From Paramoeba atlantica (lineage: Eukaryota; Protista; Discosea): a DNA stretch of 64,000 nt. Under the pieces are notes generated by a model. It worked only from the letters and a program-made list of their open reading frames with translations, had not been told where the DNA came from and made no database searches. Of this stretch, positions 23,402 through 34,360 are shown piece by piece. The position numbers and the translations under genes are program-made. The DNA lies in contig CDRNVI010000184.1 of NCBI GenBank assembly GCA_977017575.1, positions 1 to 64,000 on the forward strand, in the 5' to 3' direction. Within the stretch, counting starts at the first letter, position 1. Every line of letters begins with the position of its first letter.

Positions 23402-24844
23402 TTACTTTCAATTTTCACCCAAGGTGGCTTGAACTCGTTGTCCACCATTTGGCTGGAACGTCACAGTTACTGTCACAGGAGGGGTTTCTGTTGGTGGTTG
23501 TGCAGTTTCAGCTTGCTCGGATTCAACGATCCGGTTGGCACGTTCACCTGCGGCTCGTTCAGAATCTTCATAATATCCATGAGCAACCTGCTCGCTTGTC
23601 CACCCACCAGACACCATCAATTGGTCTGTGGTGCCTCCTCCTTCCACCATGGCAGTGGCTCCCAACCGACGAAAACTGTGCGATGCATAATTTTCTTCAG
23701 GCTTCTCGAGAAAACATGCTATTTTCTTTGCCAATTTCGCAAGATAGTTTTTTCCTAAGTGCTGAGCTGCAAAGTTCTCTCAGTTCTTGTTCCACTTTCA
23801 CCAAAGGCAAGTACCAGGGGGGAGGTTCTCCAGGTGATCCTCCAATGCTTCAGAAGGAATAAACCCATCAAGCACAGGGATGACCACTTTGGTTTTCCTC
23901 AAAGATTTCGATTTTGTGCACCGTTCCATGGTGAAGCATACACTCCCATTTTTCTTTAACTTCACTTCATCACGAGAAATGTTAATAACTTCAACACTTC
24001 TGGCTAATCCAAAGAAAGCAAAAAGAGCCAACAGAGAGTCTTGTAGATCTTCCCCATTCATTATCCCTCAAGACAAATATTGTTTTATCTCCTCCAAGGT
24101 AAAAACATTCTTCTTATTTGGCTGATAACCAGCTGTTTCTCCCTTTAGGATTCAATTTAACTGCCGAGTCTCACCGAAATCAATTGCATATTTACACAAA
24201 ACATAGCGTTTCATGAGCGAAATCACTGGAAAGAATGAGGACAATCCGTAAACACAGTCGCCATTTCGATGAGAAAGGACAAACAAATATTTTTGGTAAA
24301 ACTCAACCAACAATGCCTCATTTATCACATAATCTCGGTGTTCTTCCTCGTTTTTTTTATAAAAACGTGTCAAGAAATCCTCGAAACGACTTGCAACAGT
24401 CAGGAATGCCTTTCGAGTCACATGCGGGCCATTCAACACCATCCGAACAGAATGGTGTGTGGAGTCAAATTCAAAGTGGTTCCATTCCTTTGCTTGGAGG
24501 GACACAATCAGTGGGTTTTCCACTCTTCGTGCAGGGTTCATCTCTCGCAAGAAAATGAAAAAATGCCCACAAGGCTTTTTCTTTCAATTGTTGTCACACA
24601 ATCGTCCCAAAACAAACTCAAACCAATCGAAATACACCATATTTATTGCTCTCATTTTTCCCAGCCTCAAAATTCAATAAAACGTTATAGCCAATGTTTG
24701 AAAAGGTTTATCATGTCTTGAGTGTTTCTGATCAGTCTCGACCAGGATTCTGTGGTCTCGTGCTACAAGCGGCCCTCGACCTCAAAAATCCTGGGTCTTG
24801 ACATCAAAAACACCCTCGACGATAAACTGCCTTTTTTCAAACAT
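23402..24844 (-). pseudogene. Tyrosine recombinase (phage-integrase fold; Crypton-like), 480-codon frame with 8 in-frame TGA
   Basis: Catalytic set GLA-R-SVE, T-K-SKS, H-SF-R, GG-W-TS, G-Y-YEDS. One frame runs from ATG 24844 to TAA 23402-04. TGAs at 24782, 24674, 24584, 24152, 24068, 23798, 23780 and 23408; no frameshift and no internal TAA/TAG. Confidence 0.88.
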
Positions 24845-26759
24845 TGGCTAAATAGCTATTCTCTTTCCTCTTTTTGAGAGACAAAAAAAAAAGAATAAAA
24901 GCTTTTCTCTCCTCCACATTCTTTGTCCTTTCAGAAGTATCTCATCACATATATAGATGGTGATGGTTGTATCGACTTTATAGGTGTTCTATTTTGGCAA
25001 TTCAATATCCTAGAGAGTATGAAAAGAACCCTTTCATCAAAACAAAATTCTCATCAGAGAAAATCCATCCAAAGATGAGAAGAAAGAGTTAGAGGAGGAA
25101 AAAAGGCTGACTGTTGGATCCAAAAACCTGAAACATTCAGAAAAAGAAAAGAAAGAAAAGAAAGAATGAGAGGAAAAACAAAGGAAGAAAAAGGGGGGAA
25201 AATAGAAAAAGGTGAAGAGAGGGAGAAATGATATGAAAAGAAAGAAAAAAAGAGAAAAGAAAGAGAAAAAAAAAAGAAAAAGGAGAAAGGAGAAAGGAGA
25301 AAAAAAATAAAGAGGGAGATTTATGGTTCTTGAATGGGAAGAAAAACTGAAAAAAAAAACCAAAAGAGAACAAAAGAAAGAAAAAAAAAGAAAAGAATGA
25401 GAAAGAGAAAGAGAAAAGAGAAAAGAGAAATAAAAAGAGAAAAGAGAAAAGAGAAATAAAAAGAGAAAAAAAGAAGAGAAAAAGAGAAAAAGAAAAGAAA
25501 GAGAAATAAAGAAATAAAAGAGAAATAAAGAAAAAAAAAAAGAGAAACAAAGAGAAACAAAGAGATGTGGTGGGGAGACAATCAATACATACATTTTTTC
25601 AATTCTTTTTTCATTTCTTTTTTTTCTTTTTTTTTCTTTTTTTTTCTTTCTTTTCTCTCTTTTTCTCTCTTTCTATTTTCATTTCTATTTCTCTTTTATT
25701 TCTCTTTTTCTCTCTTTTTTTTCTTTTTTTCTCTTTTTTCTCTTTTTCTCTTTATTTCTTTTTATTTTTCTCTTTTATTTTTCTCTTTTATTTTTCCCTC
25801 TTTTTTTCTTTTTTTCCCTTTTTCTCTTTTCTCTTTTTTTTTCCCCCTTTTTTTTCTCTTTTTTTTCTCTTTTCTCTTTTCTCTTTTATTTCTCTTTTAT
25901 TTCTCTTTTTTTTCTTTTTCACTTTTTTTTTGCTTTTTTTTCCCCTTTTTTTCTATTTTTTCTCTTTTTCTTTTATTTTTTATTTTTCTTTTTTTCTCTT
26001 TTTTTCTTTTTTCTCTTTTACTTCTCTTTTTATTTCACTCTTTTCTTTTTCTCTTTCTAATTCAAGGATTTGTCATTGGGAAAAAAAAGAGAAAAAAGAC
26101 AAAGAAAAAAAGACAAAGAAAAAAAGACAAAGAAAAAAAGACAAATAAAAAGACAAAAAAAAAAGACAAAAAAAAAAGACAAAAAAATAAAGAAAATTAA
26201 AAGAGAGAATGTTTGGTTTCAAGGAGCTGACATTGCAAATATCTTTTATTTGTTGGTTTTTTCTGATTGTTCAACTTTTCTACTGTCTTTCTAAATAAAA
26301 CTTCTTGGCCTCTGTCACATCTCCACCTCCTCTCTTTTTGTTTTTTTATGTGCTTGAAAGTACTCAAGTAACACCCCTGAGCGTTTATTCCAAAAAGAGA
26401 CAGTCAACAAAACAACACAGCCAAACAACAAAAAACCATACTCAAATCCAAAAACAAAATCCAAAAACAAAATCCAAAAATCCAAAACAGACAAAAAGAA
26501 TGGGAAGAAAATAGAAACAAAGAGACAAGAAAGGAAGAAATCCAAACCAGCACAAGAGATGGAGGAGAGAACAAAGAGAGATCCAAAGCAAGACAAAAAG
26601 GGGAAGGAAAGGGACAAAGAGGGAAGCAAGAAGGAACAAAAGCCACACAAAGGAAAGGTAGATGCTCAAAGGTGGGGAGCCACACACCATCTTTGATCTC
26701 TTTCAGAGAGCTGCTGGATGAAGCCCTTGTGCCTGGAGATGGTTTCCTCAGGGAATTCA

Positions 26760-29290
26760 ACACCACTTATGAATAATTCATTGAGTTTCATTCCTTCCAA
26801 GTTCAAGAGCTTGTAAAACTTCATTTGGATAATTCCAATCATTCATAAACTGAGATCCAGTTGACTTAAATCATGCCAAGTATGCCAATAAAAGATCCCA
26901 ACTCTTCATTTAAGGGTCAATCAGTCCACAAGAGAATCCAATCCTTACCCAAATATTTTTTCTGCTATCGCATGGTACATTATAAATGACACCAAAACTG
27001 TTGAAAAAAATATCATTATATTAAATCTTAAGGAAAGTACTAACCCTCACATTCTGCCACATAGATATCAACATCAGTCATAAACATCTATCCAAATATC
27101 CTGATGAGGCTCTTGTGGTCAGAACTGGAAAGTTGAAATCCACTTTGCCTGCCAAAGTTCATTGATCTGAAGGGGTCAGGGATGCCAGAGATGATCAACA
27201 GCCCTTGGTCATTGTCAGAATGTGGAAAAATACTTCAAGTTATGTTGTGAACATGGTTTTGGTGACCTGTAAAACTTTTGTGTATCCTCGAAAAATATAT
27301 CTTCCATATGCACTGAATTGGGCCAGAATCCTTCTGTTGTGCTTTTAGAAAGCACTGTGTCCCCAAACTTCTCAAGAGCCAGCTCTGCAAGAAAAATCAG
27401 CCATACCAAAACAAATACCATCACTTACTCCAAACAGGGGGAGTTTGCTTGCAGAGTGAAAAACAGATCCAAACAAATTCCAGCCAAAACCAATTGTTTT
27501 CTTAAGAACATACAATTCCACATATCTCTGCGATGACAGAGTTTCTCAGGAAAATTCGATGACTTCACCATACAATATACCATATCTGCCAAACAAATTT
27601 TGAGAATCAGTAAAAATAAATAAACCTCTTAATATTGTTAGAACCTCTGAAAAGCATTGAATATTCCAGTGAGGACTCCAGGGAATACAGGAATGTATCA
27701 AAACAGAAACCAGATCAGAAAAAATAACTTCTGTAGTGACCTCTAACTTCTTGACAGCAAACCACAATAACATCTCCTCAAAAAAGAGAAACACAATCCT
27801 GTTGTTAACCCAATGTACGAAATAGATCCAATCATCTCTCAAAAATGCAACACTTTGCTATCCCCACAATAAACTCTTCCTCATCGATAGCTGTATAGAC
27901 AAAATCATCAATGTAAAATACTGAACAAAAGTCAACCTCCTCATGGTCCCTCTTGCATAGTTCCAATAAAAAAGCGTTGTTATCCTTCTCATGACTGAAT
28001 CTTGAATCCCCAGAGGGGCTTGTAGTGATATGACCAGAGAAAAGGTCGAGCCAAATACAAGCCAATGTGCTTTGTCATTCGCCATTTCTCTTCACCCATT
28101 GATAGATTGTTGGTGTTACCAAACTCATTAGGTCTAGAATAACAAATGAGTGAGAAGAGATTTGATACATCAAAAGAAAAGAAGAAAACATCCTGATTAC
28201 CATTAAAAATGTATTTCTTTTCCTCTGGGGAGAATAAACAAAACGATTTTGGTTTTATCCCCAAATACCCAGGTTCACCAAAGCTCATTCTAACATGTTA
28301 TCAACTACATCAGAGTGTCCATACAAATCAAAATAGACTCCTCAAACATCATCATTGTATCACTTTCAACACCCCCTTTTCATCATTGCCACTCTCTTCG
28401 TCCTTTCCAAACACATCCCCTCACAACCCAAACTTTGAAACACCTGGAACCCCAGGTGCTATTCCTATCCCAATCTCCATTCCTTTACACCCTGGTCTCT
28501 CCCACAATCATTAAACATTACCAAAGTCATAATTTCAGTCCATTCCCCATGATAATTCCGATCACTCTAATGATCTTTATATCCGTCACCCCACAGTCAT
28601 AATAATGGTCATGACCACAAACAAAATCATGTTCATAATCTTGGTAACGAGCTGAGTCATAACCTTTGTCTCTCTCTCAACCTCATCAACTCTCTTTTGA
28701 GTGACTTCCTCTTCTGAAGAAAAATTCTCTTTGGGCACTTTCGAAATATTGCCACAAGCTTTTAGATCTATCACCACACACAAGTACATGCTTCGATGAG
28801 AGCACTTCTTCTCTGAATTTGAGCAGAAGCGAACCACACATATATTTGCACCACAAAAGACTTTACACTCTTTGGACTGTTGTGGGGGGAACCACACTCA
28901 CGATGAAGACACAGGAAAAAGGAGAGAAAAAGGAAAGAAACTAAACTCTGGACCAAAACCTTTATAGGAATGACCCCAACCAACACACAAGACCAAGCCA
29001 AAATGAAATCAGAGAAAACAGTGTGAAAACAAAACATGAAAGCAAATAAAAAGAGCACTAAAAAACTTGTGATTTTGGCTAAAACACCAAACTGGTGCAC
29101 AGGCTGTCTGTGAAGCTCCTGGCTCATCAGGAAGGCCAAAACCCATGACACAAAGGCATCCAGAGAAGCTCTGGGAAGGCTCAAAGAAACTCAGGGAAGC
29201 TCAGAGAAGCTCAGGAAAGCTCTAAAAGCTCTGGAAAGCACCACTAATGTGTTGGAGGCAGGTTTCACTCCAACACTGTAATAGATCAGA
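26760..29290 (-). mobile_element. Degenerate element, possibly a second LINE family (APE-like motif, Cys-rich ORF1-like segment)
   Basis: YFSRIHKSF...IFPHSDN resembles the APE SRID...SDH end. The Cys-rich ORF 28586-28897 lies upstream. Segment 28900-29290 is homologous to 58900-59560. Confidence 0.3.
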
Positions 29291-29324
29291 GAGGTACATT
29301 TGGTATTGTCGCAAAGATAATCAA

Positions 29325-29600
29325 TCACTTCAGTTTGGCCATCTGAATTTTCGATCCTGCATCCACAAATTCATCTTGCATGATCTGACATATCTTTAAA
29401 CCAGAGGAAAAGAAAGCAAAGAGGCAAGACAAGAAGTGGATGAGGGGGCAAAATGGACAAAAAGCGCACACATCATTAGAAGGAATGCAATATCTCAAAA
29501 GATATCCTTGCATCGAAAGACTGAGCACTTTCCGCACATAAAAAGCACTCTCATGCCTCATCATGTCTCGCCATGGTCAAATTCGTGTAAGCACAGCCGG
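29325..29600 (-). mobile_element. LINE-type C-terminal CCHC zinc-finger fragment
   Basis: VCAFCPFCPLIHFLSC pattern (C-x2-C-x6-H-x3-C). Confidence 0.3.
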
Positions 29601-29639
29601 ACTTGAGAAGGAAATAGAAGAGAGACACATATGAGAATG

Positions 29640-30290
29640 GAAAGGATGAGAAAGTGAAATTTGATTTAGGAGAAATCTTTGATCCTATCAACAGAACAGA
29701 AGAAAACAATTCTCTAACACCAACTTTAGGAAATTCAAGGATCTCAGAGGTGAGGTGGATGTCATTGAATGAGGTTCAAGGAGATTCCAAAGAAAGTGAC
29801 AAAGAAATATGAACCCAAGAGCAGACCAGAGAAATTCGTAATGCCAATCAGCTCAGCTGGCCAGAAGGCCGAAAATTTCCATGAATTGACAATGTTGCTC
29901 ACTCCTGATGAGGGGGGTCACCGAGATCCTCGGGGGGATGCTGAGGGTCTGGATTTGAGACCTTTTGTCAAGCCACTTTTTGGACAGTTCATGAAGCAGC
30001 CAACAATCTATTTGAATGTTGAATTGGCCCAATAAGTTCAGAGGAAGAAGAGAACAAAGGAAGTTTGGAGTTGGCTCAAGAAACTCTACTTCAAAAGGGG
30101 AAGAGACCAAAACCAAGGATAATCAAGGGGATAATAATGCGAGAAGGAGGCTGGAGAAAGTACTCAAGAAGTATGTAAAGAAACAGGAGGAGTTAGGATT
30201 CACAGTAGAAGAGGAGACTTCACCAACAGTGGTATCTCCAGCCTTTGTTGTATCAAAGAAAGAAAGAGGGAAATGGAGATTAAACAAGAG
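29640..30290 (+). mobile_element. Ty3/gypsy pol fragment (RT N-terminus), truncated
   Basis: LKKYVKKQEELGFTVEEETSPTVVSPAFVVSKKERGKWRL matches the gypsy RT start (I.PS.SP..SP...V.KK.G.WR). Confidence 0.75.
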
Positions 30291-30429
30291 AAAAGGAACA
30301 AAGAAAAAAAAGAGAAAAGGAAAAAGAAAGAAAAGAGGAAAAAAGAAAAAACAAAGGAAAAGGAGAAAAACAAAGGAAAAAAAAAAGAAAAAAACAAAGA
30401 AAAAAGAAGAAAAAAAAGAATAAAAAAAA

Positions 30430-30479
30430 GAACCTTGTTTGGTGGGATCTCAAGTCTCCTTGATTCCCTAACTCCCCGA

Positions 30480-30514
<35 letters not shown>

Positions 30515-32895
30515 GAGAATTGGATCATCTTCTGGGACATTCAGTCTTGAGGGGTCAAATAGCTTAAAAATATCAAAGAAGAAAAAAGAGTTGTTTGAAC
30601 AAATCAAAAGAACTCTTTAATTTGTTCATAAAACTCCAAAACATCACCACAAAAATCCCTTCAATTGTTCTGTTTTTCTTGATTTTTGATTATATTATCA
30701 TCTAACAGAAAAAGAAAAAAGAAAAGAAAGAAAAATTAGTTTTCCAATTCAAAAAAAAACAAAGAAAAACAAAGAAAAACAAAGAAAAACAAAGAAAACA
30801 AAGAAAAGAAAAAAACACATCACCACAAAACACCCAACAAAATAAAGGTTTTTGATCTTGGATTGGTGGAAAGAAAAAGAGAACGAAAAAGAAAAAGAAA
30901 AAGAAAATGGAAAAAGGAAAAAGGAAAAAAAAAAAGAAAAAAAAAAAAAAAGAAAAAAAGAAAAAAAGAAAAAAATACATTTGAACAAGATTCGTAAGTT
31001 GTCCTATTTCAGTTGGAAGTGGTCTTGTGAATGAATTCTTACTGAAATACCTACAAAGAGAAAGAAAGAAGAGGGAAAGAAAAGAAATAAGAGTTAAAAA
31101 GGAAAAAAAGAAAAAGAAAAAGAATAAAAAAAGAATAAAAAAAGAATAAAAAAAGAATAAAAATAATAAAATAATAAAAATAATAAAAATAATAAAAAAA
31201 TAATAAAATAAATAAAATAAATAAAATAAATAAAATAAATAAAATAAATAAAATAAATAAAATAAATAAAAATAAATAAAAATAAAAAAACATCCAAGTC
31301 AAATGAAAGTTGTCCAAATTCAGTAGGCAAAGACCCTGTGAAGTTATTAGAAACAATGTCTAATAATATTATGAAAAGGAGAGGGAGAGAGGAGAGAGGA
31401 GAGAGAGAGAGAGAGAGAGAGAAAAGAAAAAGAAAGAGAGAGAAAAGTGAGAGAGAAAAGTGAGAGAAAGAAAGAAAAGAAAAAAATCATCAGAACAGAA
31501 TAATTTATTCAAAAAATAATCCGAAGAAAAAAAAGAAAAAAAAAGAAAGAAAGAAAGAAAGAAAGAAAGAAAAAAAAAAAAGAAAAAGAAAAGAAAAACA
31601 TTTGAAGGAGATCAAAGAGTTGTGCAAATTCAACAGGCATTGTCCCTGAAAAGAAATTCCCTCCCAGTGATCTGATAAAATCAAAAATAATTTCAATAAA
31701 AATGAAAGAAATGAAAAGAAATGAAAGAAAGAAAGAAAATGAAAGAAAAATGGGAAAGAAAGAAAGAAAGAAAGAAAGAAAGAAATAAAGAAAAAAGAAA
31801 AAAGAAAAAAGAAAAAAGAAAGAAAAAAAAGAAAGAAAAAGAAAAAAGAAAAAAGAAAAAAGATAAAAAGAAAAAAAGAAAAAAAGAAAAAAAGAAAAAG
31901 AAAAAAAGAAAAAGAAAAAAAGAAAAAGAAAAAAAAAAGAAAAAAAAAAAAAAAGAAAAAATTACAAATCAGTTAAAGAATGAAGTTTTGAAATTTTGTC
32001 CAAGATTTTTTCTCCTTTCAGTCGATTGACTCCTAAAAACCTTTTGGAAAAGAAAGAAAGAAAAGAGAAGAGAAGAGAAGAAAAGAAAAGAAAAGAGAAA
32101 AAAGAAAAGAAAAGAGAAGAGAAGAAAAGAAAAGAAAAGAGAAGAAGAGAAGAGAAGAAGAGAAGAGAAGAGAAGAGAAAAAGAAAGGAAAGGAAAAGAA
32201 AGAAAAGAAAAAGAAAGAAAAGAGAGAAAATGATAAAATTATTAAAAGAATAATAAAAGAAAGAAAAAAAATAAAATAAAAAGAAAAATAAAAATAAAAA
32301 TAAAAATAAATAAAAATAAAAATAAAAATAAAAAATAAAAAATAAAAAATAAAAAATAAAAAATAAAAAATAAAAAATAAAAAATAAAAAATAAAAAATA
32401 AAAAATAAAAAATAAAAAATAAAAAATAAAAAATAAAAAATAAAAAATAAAAAATAAAAAAACATGATTTGGACATGATGAAGATTTTCAATTTTTGATG
32501 GAACAGTCCCTCTCAAAGTATTGTCAGAAAGATCTCTAGAAAGAGAAGAGAGAGAAGAGAGAGAGGGAGAGAGGGAGAGAAAAGGGGAGAGAGAGAGAAA
32601 AGGAAGGGAGGGAGAGAGAAAAGGAGGGAAGAGAGAGAAAAGGGGAGAGAAAGAAGAAAGAAAAAGTTAAAAGTTAAAAGAAAAGAAAAAAGAGAAAAGA
32701 GAAAAGAAAGAAAAAGAAAAAGAAAAAGAAAAAGAAAAAGAAAAAGAAAAAGAAAAAGAAAAAGAAAAAGAAAAAAGAAAAAAGAAAAAAAAGAAAAAAA
32801 AGAAAAAAAAGAAAAAGAAACAAATAAAGAGAAGAAAGAACTCCAATTTCGGTTGGGATTGTCCCACTGAGATAGTTGTCCACCAAAAGCCTTTT
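30430..32895 (-). pseudogene. LRR-repeat protein gene, copy 2
   Basis: Phase-2 GT-AG exons: 32822-32890 (69 nt), 32464-32535 (72), 31966-32040 (75), 31600-31671 (72), 31292-31359 (68, two 2-nt deletions), 30979-31050 (72). Example products: DLSDNTLRGTVPSKIENLHHVQI and YFSKNSFTRPLPTEIGQLTNLVQ. Confidence 0.88.
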
Positions 32896-33589
32896 TTAAC
32901 AAATAGAAGAGAAAGAGAGAAGAGAGAAGAGAGAAGAGAGAAGAGAGAAGAGAGAGAAGAGAGAGAAGAGAGAAGAGAGAGAGAGAAAGAGAAAGTGGAA
33001 GAGAAAGTGGAAGAGAAAGTGGAAGAGAAAGTGGAAGAGAAAGCGGAAGAGAAAGCAGAAGAGAAAGAGAAAGAGAAAGAGAGAGAGAAAGAGGAGAGGA
33101 GAGAAAGAGAGAGAAGAGAGAAAGAGAGAGAAGAGAAGGAGAAAATGAGGAATGAGAGAATGAGAAAGAGAGAAGAAGAAGAAAAGGAAAGAGAAAAGAA
33201 AGAGAGAAAAAGGAAAGGGAATAAAAGAAAAAAAGTATTATTTCAAAGGTTTTTTCTTTTTAAAAAAGAAAGAATTAAAAAAAAAGATTAAAGAAAAAGA
33301 AAAAGAAAAAGAAAAAGAAAAGAGAAAAAAAAAAGAGAAAAAAAAAAGAGAAAAAAAAAAGAGAAAAGAAAAGAAAAGAAAAGGAAACCAACCACCCCAC
33401 AGAAAGGAAAGGAAAGGAAAGGAAAGGAAGGGAAAAGTAAAAAAGAGAAAGAGAGAAAGAGAGAAAGAGAGAAAGAGAGAAAGAGAGAAAGAGAGAAGGG
33501 GGGAAAGTAGCGAAAAAACAGAGAGAGAAAAAAAAAAAAGAGAGAAAAGACGCTGGATCCAAAAATTTGGAACATCCAAAAAAGACATC

Positions 33590-34360
33590 CCTCTTGGGTC
33601 CAACAATATTGGTGAATTTACAGGCTGTCTGAAAGGAATGCAATGTGCCAGATCAATGACAAATGAGATTGAAGTTGTCGGGGATTGTATGATTCTCACC
33701 AAGGCTGCACCCAAAACCCATGCCATCAAAAACTATGCCTTGAATGAACTACTTTGTGAAATCTGTAAGTTAGCAATGTGCTTTGACAAGATAGAATTCA
33801 TCCATGTACCCCGAGATCTTAACAAGCGAGCTGATGCAATTGCAACTGCTGCAAGTTGGTCTAAAGAGGATGGAACATGTGCTGTGAATGACCATCATTG
33901 GGATCCAAGATCACAACATGTTGCAGAAACCAGTGAAGAGTGGATTATTTTGAATTCAACCCTATGGAACTGGATCAATTCCCCCCTCACCCGTGACTGG
34001 ACTTTCCCCATCCCTCCAGGGAATTTTGTAAGGAAATTCCAAGGAAACATGGTGACAACCCCCCATGTTTTGTTTCCGGCCCAAACTGCTCTTGAGAATG
34101 CTCTAATTCTCCCTGTAATAATTACTAAAGATATCCAAGGATGGTTCCATCAGTCCCAAGAGAGCAATCTGGTGAGGAGCTTTATCGAGGAAGATTTTCG
34201 AAGGAATGTAATTAACTTCATAGAAACCTCCAAACCGAATTCACTCCCTGGTTTTAGAAGGCGAACAATCAAACGCAGACCCCTTAGTGAGAACTAAAGT
34301 TGGTAAAGAAACTCCAATGCATCCCATGCTGAAGAGATCTTTGGATCTAACTCTTAATTT
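33590..34360 (+). mobile_element. 5'-truncated LINE 3' end: archaeal-type RNase H plus C-terminal extension, open frame to 34297
   Basis: GSNNIGEF...EVVGDCMIL...FIHVPRDLNKRADAIA. The RNase H and the downstream region align with the decayed LINE at 54640-55800. Confidence 0.8.

Noticed and set aside
23402-24844. Alternative genetic code (TGA = Trp) making the YR intact
   Set aside because: Trp is encoded by TGG throughout, the cofilin ORF ends in TGA, and paralogous positions show CGA or CAA opposite TGA. Arg fits the contexts better.
17060-24844. A single DIRS/Ngaro-type YR retrotransposon joining the YR, gag and RT
   Set aside because: The YR is separated from gag by a PB1 gene and an unrelated repeat, and the YR retains many CpGs while gag/RT have almost none, implying different ages.
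27117-27140. Possible 3' half of a split 5S (tcagaactggaaagttgaa)
   Set aside because: About 15 of 19 bases match and there is no similarity beyond that; compatible with chance.
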